Below are positions 16,900-29,637 of a stretch of 64,000 nucleotides of DNA, in pieces. The position numbers and the translations under genes were made by a program. Numbering within the stretch: position 1 is the first letter of the stretch; each line of letters starts with the position of its first letter. The stretch is taken from the NCBI GenBank assembly GCA_964016885.1, contig OZ024747.1:31496001-31560000 (forward strand), read 5' to 3'. The DNA comes from Eledone cirrhosa. Lineage: Eukaryota. Under the pieces are notes generated by a model, which was not told the DNA's origin, did not search any database, and saw nothing but the letters and a program-made list of their open reading frames with translations.

Positions 16900-17640
16900 T
16901 GGATTAGAAACATCTCCTCTAGCAGTGTTCCTCCTCTCAATTCTATCATTTGTCATCTTTGCCAAGTTCTGTATCCTGTGATCCAATTTCACAACCTCTA
17001 CCAAGTCTTCTTTTGCCTCCCTCTACTACATCTTTCTTAGAACTTTTATGTCTCTAAGTCTAAAGTCTGTCTTGAGATCAGAGGCTGAGTGGGGCTTATT
17101 GTGGTTTCTGCAGTGTGAAGCAACTGAGAGTACAATACTCGCCCCTGGAGAAGATGCCACTGCATCATAGGGTTAACTCCACCCAACTATTGCTGATACT
17201 CATGTTCAGCTGAGTTTACTGGAGCAATGAAGTGCTGGCATTACTTTACTCCATCTATAATCATCCATGCACATTATAGACCTATACAACAACACTCTTT
17301 TTCTTTGCACAATACATATCATTCCTTTTATACCCTGTTTGTTTTTCTCTCAACACATTTGTATTTCATGGCTTATATACACTAACATTAGACATCCAAC
17401 AGGGAATGTTTCATTAATTTCTTTCTGCATTCCTGCATTCCCTGAAATCTACTCTTTGCTCAAAAAGACAATCACTCCATTGTCCCAGGAATAGCAGCTT
17501 CTTCAACTTTTACCACTCTGATCTTATTCTGCCTCATATGCTTTCAAATCACCCTCTTCCACTGCTAATTAGGTCATATAGGTAGTAGAAGCTATGAATT
17601 ACTTCAATGGAGCTTCTCTTTGAACTGGTATAGTAAAGAA
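16900..17640 (-). mobile_element. Old decayed RTE fragment interrupted by a family B SINE (about 17045-17235)
   Basis: Minus strand gives GRQKKTW-like and W.GHV-like remnants; SINE core CTCCAGTAAACTCAGCTG is nested inside. Confidence 0.5.
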
Positions 17641-17741
17641 TTTATTTCACTGCTGCTGTGGCTGCAAACTAGCCCTGTGCGTATACTACATACAAACTAC
17701 TTTAAATAATAGGTAAACATTATGAATGCTTACTTATTCAT

Positions 17742-17929
17742 AATTGTTTCTACTTTAGGCACAAGGCCAGCAATTACCCAGTACATTACTGGTACTTTAT
17801 TTTATCGACCCCGTAAGGATGAAAGGCAAAGTTAACCTCGGCGGATTTGAACTCAGACTGTAAAGGGACGTAACTATGCTAGAAAGCATGGCGTCCAACC
17901 CTCTACCGATACTGCCAATTCCCCGCCCT
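17742..17929 (-). mobile_element. SINE family A
   Basis: Near-identical to 522-706; ATGCTTACTTATTCATAAT occurs on both sides (TSD-like). Confidence 0.85.
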
Positions 17930-18139
17930 CATGCTTACTTATTCATAATGTTATGAATTAAATTTCTAGAATTTGAATGTAAATTGATATTATAAACACA
18001 ATATTTGAGAAACTAAAGAAAAACATGTTCACTGGTGAGACTAATAAGTACATAGTACAACCAAGAGTTGTGCAACAATGGATTTTGATCCTGACATATA
18101 ACATGATACATAGGGAAGCTGTCAATAAATTCTGTAGGG

Positions 18140-18435
18140 TTTACATAGAGACAGATTTTACAGGTAAAATCCAATTGGCAGGAACCCAGTGGTACACCCC
18201 AAGCAAGACAGTTGGATAATATCCATGAGGATTGGCTGGTCTCACTAGGGGATCCAGCCGAATAAGTTGGAGATGGTTGCTTCTGACAGAACTTGCTGGA
18301 AGGTGTGTTTGAGGACTCTTCCCCCATGGCCCTCTCAGGAATAAATGGGCAAAGAAGAGAAGAAGAAGAAGAAGAAAAAGAAAAAGAAGAAGAAGAAGAG
18401 AAGAGGAGGAGGAGGAGGAGGAGGAGGAGGAGGAG
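18140..18435 (+). mobile_element. 3' end of an Expander/Rex3-like RTE family with (GAA)n/(GAG)n tail
   Basis: P.GR.P.G.PQAR.LD..H.L.WS.LGI..LEMVASDR..W remnant; related copies at 20640-20900 (-), 38005-38310 (+) and 54705-55025 (+). Confidence 0.7.
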
Positions 18436-19237
18436 AGGAAAAGAAGAGAGAGGTTCACAAAGAGTTCTCAAATGAATGTGCACAATGTAAGATAGTTTTA
18501 ATAAGCAGCACCATCTGCTCATTACATCTACACATTGGAGAACCTCATCTGTTAAAAATACATCTCAACAGCTGCCAGAATACATAGTTATGGCTTCTAT
18601 TAAGTTCTTTGATAGAAACATCAGTAATTTATGTATTACAGAGGCAATTCATATAATGCATCTGTCACTTGAGATTAAAATTGCCATGAGCTACTCAAAT
18701 ATCTCTAGTACATTGTAAGAATTGAAGAATATCTCAGCCCACATATTGAGGCCATACAATTCAATTTCTGCACATATTATAACAATTTTGACGATGTTTA
18801 CAATTTACTTCACATTTCAAATTTTTAAGTAAAAAATTACAGATTGCTACAGCAGAAATAGCGAAGAAAAAAAAAAAACGTTTTTTTACACCTTGCCTTG
18901 TTAAGTGGCCTTTTATATTCTTATTTCTATACCGAAACAACAATGTTTGAGTGTAAATTACATGTTTTTCTTCTTTAAAAAACCATATTCCATTCTGTTT
19001 TTATTATTGAGATTATAGACACACACATAGACTTACACACAAAGGTATATATATATATATTATACACTATACATTATAATATATATAGTGGACTGAGTGC
19101 TCTACAACTACAGATATTACCTTCCAGTGTTCTACCTTTATATATATAAATATAGATGAAGTATTTCCGTAGAAAAGGTAAAGGAAAAGAGAGTGCTCTT
19201 TTATTTTCAAATCCATATTTAATAAACATTCCATTTT

Positions 19238-19301
19238 ATTCTTTCTGATGACTGAAGACAGATATAAATATCTGTCTTCAAGAAACCACTGCTAAATGAA
19301 T
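19238..19301 (+). ncRNA. Hammerhead ribozyme motif (stem III slightly decayed)
   Basis: ATTCTTT-CTGATGA-C-TGAAGACAGATA(TAAA)TATCTGTCTTCA-A-GAAA-CCACTGC-TA-AATGAAT; perfect 12 bp stem II. Confidence 0.65.
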
Positions 19302-19502
19302 TAATTATCTTATGTTGTTTATTACATAACTAATATATATATATAAAGGTAGAACACTGGAAGGTAATATCCGTAGTGGTAGAGCACTCAGTCCATGGGA
19401 CGAGTTTGGTAGAAGTAGTAACGCAACAGTTAATTTACCATACCGAGAACAATTGTTAAACAATTGTTCTCGGTATGGTGAACTAACTGTTGTGTTACTA
19501 CT

Positions 19503-19540
<38 letters not shown>

Positions 19541-20639
19541 ATCTGAACACACATGACATGGACAGACAATAGAAATAAGTCCCTGCTGGAGATCACAGTA
19601 ATTTCAGTGTTTTAAAGTTAGTATCATTCTCTTCAGTGCAACATGACAAAGCAAGGTGATGAAATATGGTAAACTATAACAGATTGATTCTTTTTGACTA
19701 AAATCACATATATGTAAAAGGTGTTTCTAAAGTCCAGAGCACTTTTAATTGAAAGTGAAAAGCATTGAAATGGGGTACTAAGAGCAATAGTTAGCCAGGA
19801 TGAAATAGAAAGAGAAAAAATAAACATAGATATTAATTCCATAGACAAAACAGAAATGTTGACATTAAAGAGACTGACAGAAAACTGTGACAGAGCGATG
19901 TGGAGGTGGTGTGATGTCAAGAAAGTAAAAAGGAGAAAAATAGGTAGAAAGAGATAGAACACAAGAACACATTTCACAAATATAAATGTGTTACATGTTT
20001 TATGAACAACAGGTTATGTTAGAGAGGTTATAAAGGTTAGTCTAATAGTTATAATCCAAATAAATTTACTTTTACATGTAAAAAGTGGAATGGAAGGGAG
20101 CATTCTTAAACTAAAAATATAATGTGGTGGCTAAGAAAATAGGTACAGATATATAAAAATGTGCCAGATGAGAAAAGAGCAGTGCTGTACTAATAAAGTC
20201 CCCTGCAAAAATGAAATAAAAAAAAGTGTCTAACATCTAACCCTTATAATTGTTACATTTCCCTCCAAATGGTAAATATCATAAACTATTAAACAAAAAA
20301 TATAAAAATTTCTCATACAACCACTTATATTTTTGTACAAAAGAATCTGGCAAAGTTTGTTTTCTCTCCAAATTAAAAACACAGTCTGACTATTAAAATA
20401 CCAAAATTGTTATTGCAATATCTGTCTACTTCAAAAGATTATTAAGAAAATGAAATTGTGTATTTTGTTGCAGTGGAGGCCAACTTAACCTTTCTTGCTT
20501 ATAAAGGTTTAACTGCTAAAACTTAAAAAAACATCAATATTTAATAATCATACACATGTTTCAAAAACCAAACATGAAAGTACCCTGCTATTGAGATAAA
20601 CACAGTCTATAAAATCTACTAAAACTCCTTTTAATAATT

Positions 20640-20900
20640 TTTCTTCTTTTTCTTTGCCCACTTATTCTTGAAAGGGTCATGGGGGCAGAGTCATCAAATA
20701 CTCCTTCCAGCAGTTCCTGACAGAAGAAACCATTTCCAACTGAACTATCTGGATCTCCAAGTGAGACCAGCTGAGTTCATGGATGTTATCCAACCCTTGT
20801 GCTCAGCGTCTACTCCTGGGTTTCTTGCTGTTTGGTTTTGCCCATAAAATCTGTCCAGCGACTCTTTCCTGAGACATTCTAACTAGTTCCTCTTAGTATC
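20640..20900 (-). mobile_element. Expander-like RTE 3' fragment
   Basis: Reverse complement is similar to 18140-18360 and 38040-38300. Confidence 0.65.
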
Positions 20901-21691
20901 AAAGCCCTGATACTAAGTTAAACTCACTATTTCAAAGAGAAGGATAGAGAGTAAGAGAGGGGAAGTAGAAGAGAGATATGGGGGAAGAATCTTCCCCAAT
21001 ACTAGACTGGTACTTTATCAAGCTATGGATGAAAGGCAAAGTTGACCTCAGTGAGATTTGAGAGAGCAGAAAGCCTGAACAAATACCGCAAAGTACTCGA
21101 CATTTTAAGAACTCGGCAAATAACATACAATTTCCTGAAAATTCTTGTTTTTTACGATAATTTTAATAACCTACATACATTGTACATAGAACTATATATA
21201 GAATATACTATACATATACAAATATATTCATACACATAAAAACTGAACTCCTCCAATGTATAGTTCATTGTGACATATAACAGCAGTGTATTTCCAATAT
21301 CAAATATGATTTTTTTAATCAATTCTATTCCATTCATCCATTTTCGATAAGACACAGCATTATTTGACAGCTTATCTATACTGGTTGTGAGCTTATCTGT
21401 TCATGCTAGCTAATTGCAAGCAGGATGGCATGCTCTTGGGTTGAGTGATTAGCCTTGGCTATTAGTACTTCGGCAGCATTCGAATGCAAACAGCCAGAAT
21501 ATATATCACAACCTATCTGATATTTTAACAAATATGGCAATGCCCTGCCCAACACCAATATTCATTTATGATCCTGAAAGAATGAAAGGCAAAGTTGAAC
21601 TCAGACTCCAGAAAGGGGAAAGGAACACCACTAAGTATTCCATCCAATAGTCTAATAGCACTGTCAATTTGTCACCTTTTCCATAATTATA

Positions 21692-21757
21692 ACAAAAAAA
21701 TGTATACACACTTCAACAGTATTTTAATCAAAGTGTGTATACATTTTTGTGGACACC

Positions 21758-21760
<3 letters not shown>
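21692..21760. mobile_element. Tiny Tc1/mariner-type MITE remnant
   Basis: AAAAATGTATACACACTT ... AAGTGTGTATACATTTTTGTGGACACCCTG inverted repeat; the right end is a CAGGGTGTCC-type TIR next to (TA)n. Confidence 0.55.
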
Positions 21761-21799
<39 letters not shown>

Positions 21800-21976
21800 T
21801 ACATGCATATATATATATACATACACACATATGCACTGGTGTGTGTCTTTCTTACAAATACAAAAAAGTGTTCAATACATGAAATATGGCTTATATTTAT
21901 TAGGTGTCAGATGATTTAATTCCTTGATACTCAGAGATGAGACATTCATTCAATCAAGCCCCTTTTTCTTTTTCTT

Positions 21977-22099
<123 letters not shown>

Positions 22100-22419
22100 A
22101 TAAATATATATATATAGAGAGAGAGAGAGGAGGGAGAAATTTACAAGAACTGTTTAAAACACCACATTCCAGAAGAGTGAGATTATCATTTATCACATAT
22201 GTTTTTTTGTATGTGTTATATAAACAATCACGGATCACTAACTTTGTCTCTTTCAATCAAATTAAATCAAATCTAACTACTCAAAAATTTGTATGTAGAC
22301 ACAAAAAATTTCAAAGTTGTTTCAGTTTCTTGTAACATAATTGCTCTAAAATAATTGATTACACTAATGGAAACTGAATACAGCTATAATTCTCTCTCCA
22401 TATATATGTGTATATATAG

Positions 22420-22655
22420 TAATAATAGATACAAAGTCCAAAATCCAGAGAGAGCTCGATAAGGTTTGTATATATATATATATATATAAGTATATATAAA
22501 CCCGTAGAGCAAATATTTATTATTAGTACAGATTAAAAGCAATGAATTGCAGCTTTCACCTGGAGCAGGATCATCCGAAATTTCAGATGATCCTGTTCAG
22601 GGTGAAAGCAGAAATTCATTGCTTAAACTTTTAATCTGTACTAATAATAAATAGA
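22420..22655. mobile_element. Fold-back copy of the short TA-associated family C
   Basis: Inverted arms centred near 22580; same family at 14890, 16125, 24400-24620, 42490-42640 and 42850-43010. Confidence 0.7.
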
Positions 22656-22914
22656 TACACACACACATACATGCATACATATTTATACACACACACGCAC
22701 ATATATATATATATATATATTCAGGTTTGAGGTTCACCACTGTATAGAGCTGGTCTATTCAGTATGGTCAATCGTAATGCAATAATATAGAGAGTACTCA
22801 ACGTAAGGCAGTTCAACCGTCTTTGTTTTTGTAGTTGGTGGTGCTATTACGGAGTTAAATATTATAATGAAATGACAGGAGGCTGGATTTGTGTAAATCC
22901 TTGAAAGGTTTATT

Positions 22915-22972
22915 ATACTATGATCATTTCAATGACCGGGTTCCGTATGAATCCGGTGATATCATCAGGTAT
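22915..22972 (-). ncRNA. Type I hammerhead ribozyme (left arm)
   Basis: Reverse complement of 23169-23226. Confidence 0.75.
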
Positions 22973-23168
22973 TCGAAATATAATACGTGAATGTAATAGA
23001 TAAAATCCATGGGGCTGAAAATCGAGGGCCCGAGGGCGACCGCTATTCTGTTCCTTCAACCTCAGTCGGTCGCCCTCGAGGTTGAAGGAACAGAATAGCG
23101 GTCGCCCTCGGGCCCTCGATTTTCAGCCCCATGGATTTTATCTATTACATTCACGTATTATATTTCGA

Positions 23169-23226
23169 ATACCTGATGATATCACCGGATTCATACGGAA
23201 CCCGGTCATTGAAATGATCATAGTAT
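23169..23226 (+). ncRNA. Type I hammerhead ribozyme (right arm)
   Basis: ATAC-CTGATGA-[ACCGG..CCGGT stem II]-GAAA-TGATCA-TA-GTAT, then AATAAA at 23227; palindromic stem III ATGATCAT. Confidence 0.8.
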
Positions 23227-23272
23227 AATAAACCTTTCAAGGATTTACACAAATCCAGCCTCCTGTCATTTC

Positions 23273-23309
<37 letters not shown>

Positions 23310-23854
23310 TATATATATATATGTACATATACACACATAAATACATATATATTTATACATATATATATATAAATATAACAAAAATGATGATTATGATATA
23401 TCATCATGCTGTTGGTTTTAAAAGCACTAAGTAGAGAATATTATATATCTAATATAGTACTGAAATCATACTGTGTTGGTATTTTGAGTTTTGTGGATTA
23501 GTGGTAATTCCCAAAATATAACCTTTCTACAAAGCATGTATATGCAGCAAAAATGTCCATGGGAAGGAGAAAGGAACAAAGCACTCTCACTAGGCAATAT
23601 ATATATGTGTGTATGTCCTGTGTTCAATCGGAGTAACCACAGTACGTAAGGGACTCAATACATAGTAGAGTATATACGATATTTAATATAGAAATGGCTT
23701 ATGCAGGGCTTTCCTGATGATTTCCTTCAAATGAAACAGTTCTAGAGCTACAGAAGCCATTTCTATATTAAATATATATATATATGCAAAAGGCAAACAG
23801 AAATGACAAAGCAAACAAGATAGTACAATTAAGAAATATATAGTAGGAAAAGTG

Positions 23855-23890
23855 TCCTAACGTTTCAGACACCAGTCTTTTCATCAGAAA
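23855..23890 (-). ncRNA. Minimal hammerhead motif of a PLE terminal repeat
   Basis: Minus strand TTT-CTGATGA-AA-AGAC(TGGT)GTCT-GAAA-CGTTA-GGA; a decayed tandem copy lies at about 24072-24110. Confidence 0.65.
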
Positions 23891-24160
23891 ATAGAATGAG
23901 AAATTAAAGAAGAAAAAGAAATATAGAGGAGGGTGGGCAGTGGCACAAATGAACAAATTACTTTGAGAAAAAAACAGTTCTATTCAACTTGTATATGTGT
24001 GATGAGACAAGGCAACAAGTAGAAATGAACAATACACTGCAATAATGATAAATTCTACAGTAGGAAAAGTGTCTTAATATTTTGGATGTTAGTTCTTCAT
24101 TGGAAAAAGGAATGATAGATAGAAGCATATTTAGAAAGATAGACGAGAGTAAGAAAATGA

Positions 24161-24196
<36 letters not shown>

Positions 24197-24399
24197 TCAT
24201 ACACAACAAAAGCAGTACATAAAGTTTCAAGGTTCAATCATGACCATCTCTCCAGATTGTAAGAGTGATCAAATTTGTGATCTTGTCATCAGCTGCTTGG
24301 ATGAGTTTGAAGATACCATTGAAAAAATATATATATTCATGCAGATTATATACATATATCTTTCAAAATACAAACACACACAAATATATATATATATAT

Positions 24400-24613
24400 A
24401 GTAATAATAATAATTTGAAGACTAAAATCCAAAGAGGGCTCGATAAGGATAAATATATATCAAATATATAAGAACCGTAGAGCAAATCTTTATTAAAATA
24501 ACAGATTAAAGTTTAAGCAAATAATCGCTGCTTTCACCCTTAACGGGATCTTCTGAAACTTTAAGGGTGAAAGCAGCGATTCTTTGCTTAAACTTTAATC
24601 TGTTATTTTAATA

Positions 24614-24620
<7 letters not shown>
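24400..24620. mobile_element. Fold-back copy of family C
   Basis: AATAACAGATTAAAGTTTAAGCAAA..CTTTCACCCTTAA / TTAAGGGTGAAAG..TTTAATCTGTTATT inverted arms inside (TA)n. Confidence 0.75.
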
Positions 24621-24654
<34 letters not shown>

Positions 24655-25460
24655 CTCCTCTGCTGCATCAAATTTTATTTTGTAGTTTGGATGAGATTGC
24701 TTTTCTATATTTTCATATTTGCTTTTTACAGCTGAATACCCTTCCTATCACTAATTCTTTCAGCCCTGAATTAGGAATGAATATTACAGTGAACTATACA
24801 CATGCAGATTTCTGACTTGCTCAGTAATGCTAGCTTTCATCTCATAGATCTAGAGCCATTCACACACAACCACGCCAACCCCACACACATCAACCTATGT
24901 GATATGTTTGGCTTTATATCCATCAAGATGTTAGCATTGTGTAATGCATCATCTGGGAATAATACTTGTAATAATAGACAAGCATTCAAAGGGATATATT
25001 TATTTCTTATCTGTGCATTAACTTGAGAGCTGAGCTGAGCCAAGCTTTTAAACAATCTGTGGGTTTGAACAAACATTTACACTGTATACATTTGAATATT
25101 ATGATGATGTTTCTGCTCTGTTTAATAGTTTATAAAAATGTAAAGATACTTTTAGTGGAATATAGTACTTTGAACTAAGAGAATATAATCAAATGATATC
25201 TTTGAATTAAAATTTTGTGACAATTTTTTGCCCTACTAAATAGTTGATCGACATCTCAAGAGGTGCAATTGAAATTCTGGCAAAAATGAATGTATGAATT
25301 ATTCAAATATACACCATGAACATTAAGGATCAGAAAACATTTTCTATTTTCTTTTTTGTGTATTTAGAACATATTTTAATGAATTTCACTTATAACTCTT
25401 AATGGATGTGCATGTGCCAAGGTATGTGAAACACACATAAACTATGTTTATTCATACATA

Positions 25461-25917
25461 TGTAGTGACCTACAATCCGCGGGCTCACATACATTCTCTG
25501 TGCGTGATTTGGCTCAGCTCAGCCAATCAGCGCCAGGAGAAGAGGATTTATCCCTACGCGTGCTGAGGGAGAAATAGCCCACGAAGATTTGATTAATCTC
25601 ACTCTTGCAGCTCGACCACGCTAAGGTAAAACACCACTTGTTCTTTTGCTCCGTAAGCACAAACAATATGTAAAAACACAACAATTTTACTACGGACCTG
25701 GCCAACCGCCTCAGCCAGTCGACCGTATTTTCTCTTGTAATCTTAATTGAATTATTTCATTATTCTTGGCATGCCAATTTAATTCACTTCTTAACCTTTG
25801 TTAATAAATTATGTAAAAACAAGCTAAAGTCGTGGTCGATATTCCTATCATATCTTTCTACCAAAGATGGTTCCTCATGGCAACATTACAACTCTCTAAA
25901 TATAACTCTCCGCTAAA
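25461..25917 (+). repeat. 5' LTR
   Basis: TGTAGTG...CGCTAAA; direct repeat of 27898-28354. Confidence 0.92.
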
Positions 25918-27897
25918 TTGGTGACCTTCGACGATTAAGTATGAAAACGCAGCCTATTTGAATTCGCCATTCGTTTTAATGGCAATGTGGAGTGGCTTAA
26001 CATTTGGAGTGTTCGAATCGGATAGCTAGACTCACTTAGCGTAAGTCCATAAAATTCATAATATTCCATTTGTTGAAGCATGCGGCCTGCACAATATTTC
26101 TGTCATAACTTTCATGGTAACACTAGTAACTCACGCATACAGACGAACACAAAAATACAACACAAAAGAAAGAGTTTTTTCGACGACTAACAAAAAATTT
26201 CTCTTTTGGATTGAAAATGATGCGATATCTTCTATCCGGTTGAGGTGGTTTGGTATATTTCAATTAGTTGATAAAATGAGTACGGTGACCACCGACTAAG
26301 AACAATTTGCCTTGCAAGCATAGTTTGTTAAAAACAAAAAAAAAAAATTAAATAAAAAAAAAAAAAAAAGGATTTCTCTGGATATAGAATTTTGCTTTCA
26401 ACCTTCTGTTAAAATTACAAATGGAGGCTCAAAAATGTTGTTTTCCCGCGTACACCTTGTCTTCTTCAATCCCAGCCATCTGATTGGCTGCATCGTGCCT
26501 CATGACGGTTTCTTCATCACGGACACATTTTTCGATCGGCCATCTTGGGATTTTCTTGCCGAATGATTTTCATGGAAAATAATTTTTTTTATTATTCAAA
26601 TTTTCTTTAGAATATTTTTAGAAAAAAAATTAGCAGTATTTCAAAAACTTTACGCCACGAGGAAATTTCAAAACGGCTACCACCAAGTACCAGCCATCAG
26701 CAGCAACACATGGCTAACTATTAACCAACACCAGGGAACAGCTTGTAACTTTACCGATGCAACCACCATACCTTCTGTCTCGTTACCACAAGGACTCAAG
26801 AAATTAAGACAGTAGTTTTCTCACCATTATGGTGTCAGACGTGGCTGACGTTGGTGACTCTAGGTTCTTCAACGCTCGACTTCTACTCTACAGAAGATTC
26901 ATTGTGACTTTGCTTTAACAACAACAACTCTACTAGCTACCTAGTAAGAGCGTTCCCAAAGAAAAAAGAAGCGAACTTTTTGTTAAAAGAAAAGAAACAA
27001 TTCTTTCTTTCTTCCTTTTTTTTTTTCAGGCATTTATTTTGGACATTTATTTTTTCTTAAACTTTATTATATGAACATTCATTTCTCTCTATCATTGTAT
27101 ATGTGACCGCACGCACACATTTTCTTTGCTGTATTACATGCCTGCATATATACACACACCAACATGTTGTTGTCTATGGTATGTGATCTTCAAGCGTCGT
27201 AATATTCTGCGAGATCCCTTTTCACCTTCTGGAGGTACCAAAACATGCTATCGACACTTGCAGTTTAATTCACCTGCACCGCAACACGAGAATGCTAATT
27301 GCAGCTGAACTCAAACAATTTCGCATCTCGTTGCACATTCATCGTCCATAACAACCTCTATCTTGTTATCTTACCCAACTCACCGGGAAAACAACAAATA
27401 GAACTGGACTTGTCAGCATTTCCACCACTTCTGTGGATTCGCCCGAATTATGGAACTGCAACCCACCTACAGATTCAACTTGCTTTATTTTTTCTTATCA
27501 AAGCAACCAGCCATTTTTCCTGGCTCCCTAGCACATTCGGCAATACATCTGGGAGGCCAACATTTTCTCGCAAACCCATCATCTTCTTGCCAGCACTGGT
27601 AAACTACCATAATAGCTTCGTCCACAGCTACTGGTACAACACTTACCATTAACAAAATGCAAGAACAGCAACTTCGCCCATGTCAGACTTTATCCGTTTT
27701 CTGTTAGACCTTTGGTGGTCACGTATAAACTACAAAACGGCTAGTCATTTGACAGCGGCTCAACACGGCCTGTAGCGCCTCATTTTTTTTCTTGCATGCA
27801 TCCTTCTGCTCAATTATTTTTTCACTGATGTGCTCTTTCAGCATTTGTTCTTGCTGATTCAATAATCTGTATCGACTTCCGTCTAGAAGGGGGGTAT

Positions 27898-28354
27898 TGT
27901 AGTGACCTACAATCCGCGGGCTCACATACATTCTCTGTGCGTGATTTGGCTCAGCTCAGCCAATCAGCGCCAGGAGAAGAGGATGTATCCCTACGCGTCC
28001 TGAGGGAGAAATAGCCCGCGAAGATTTGATTAATCTCACTCTTGCAGCTCGACCACGCTAAGGTAAAACACCACTTGTTCTTTTGCTCCGTAAGCACAAA
28101 CAATATGTAACGACACAACAATTTTACTACGGACCTGGCCAACCGCCTCAGCCAGTCGACCGTATTTTCTCTTGTAATCTTAATTGAATTATTTCATTAT
28201 TCTTGGCATGCCAACTTAATTCACTTCTTAACCTTTGTTAATAAATTATGTAAAAACAAGCTAAAGTCGTGGTCGATATTCCTATCATATCTTTCTACCA
28301 AAGATGGTTCCTCGTGGCAACATTACAACTCTCTAAATATAACTCTCTGCTAAA
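27898..28354 (+). repeat. 3' LTR
   Basis: TGTAGTG...TGCTAAA, preceded by the PPT and followed by TSD CATA. Confidence 0.92.
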
Positions 28355-28887
28355 CATATATATACACATTCTTTTTAAAATTAAAATAAATCATAAGCTC
28401 TATGTGTTTTGAGCACCCCATCATATTGCCAGGAGTTGTGACCAGTAGATAGTATCGACACTGTAAAGACAAATGGAAACAATATATCCATTTGTCTCAT
28501 TTGACAAGTTCCACCACAGTTGGTATGCAAATGAGGTCAGGGATCTGATTCAATCCATTATATTGACTCCAGTATAAGAGGTGAGAGGTAAAAATAAGAT
28601 TGGACGCATTTGAACTCAGACTGGGTAGAATATATTGTAATGATCAAACAATTCTTAAATTAATATCAATATTAATAATAATGGTTTCTCATTTAGGCAC
28701 ACTGCTAACAATTTTTGGGAGAGGGGAACTTGATTAAATTGACCTCAGTGCATCACTGGTAACCCCATAATGATGAAGAGCAAAATAAAACTTGGTGGGA
28801 TTTGAACTCAGAAAATAAATGTATGAAATTAATATATTGCCCAACACTCTGCTGATACTGACAATCCACCACCCCTGAAACATATGA

Positions 28888-28924
<37 letters not shown>

Positions 28925-29087
28925 TATATATATATCATCACCCTTCTCATCATTATTTAATGTCTATTTTCTAAACTTGTATCATATGGATTAACATCTA
29001 TCATCATCATCATATATATATATATATATACATACATATATATAATATATAATATATATATGTATGTATATATATATATATATATAT

Positions 29088-29606
29088 CCACACTCCCCCC
29101 CCGGCCTGAACTCCCCACCCTTATTCCTTTAGCGTTCGACCGCCCCCTCCCCCCACTAACACCACTAACACACCCCTCCTTTTCACCGCCCACCCCACAC
29201 TAACAATACTAACACCTCCACTCAACCCCTCTTCTGACCACCCTTCCCCAACTAACATACTAACATCCCTTCCCTCCCCTCTTCTCCTCCTCCCCCTCCT
29301 TATCACACGCACACACGCACCCACTTACACCACCCACCCCCACGCAACTAACATCACTAACACCCTCCAACCCCACGCACGCGTACCCACACACCCTCGT
29401 ACACCACCAACTCTACACACCCTACCCCCACTAACCCCCACTCACACCTGCATTCCACCCCTCCCCACCTCCCGTATATTAACACCCACTAACACCTCTT
29501 CACCAAACTACACACACACACCAGTACACCACACTCCCTCCATAGAACCACACACACTCTTCTCTCCCCGCTCCACACTCACTCATCCCACTAACACCCC
29601 ACTAAT

Positions 29607-29637
<31 letters not shown>

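Larger units (their letters stand above)
22858..23283. repeat. About 205 bp near-perfect inverted repeat (fold-back) carrying two hammerheads
   Basis: Arm 22858-23063 is the reverse complement of about 23079-23283; spacer about 15 bp. Confidence 0.95.
25461..28354 (+). mobile_element. Non-autonomous LTR retroelement (Gypsy-like) with no gag/pol
   Basis: LTRs at 25461-25917 and 27898-28354 (457 bp each, about 8 substitutions by eye); PBS TGGTGACCTTCGACG resembling a tRNA-Trp PBS; PPT AGAAGGGGGG at 27885-27894; TSD CATA on both sides. Confidence 0.92.

Noticed and set aside
25514-28142. Duplicated 63 aa ORF (MARSVVKLL..)
   Set aside because: Antisense reading of the two LTRs, not a gene pair
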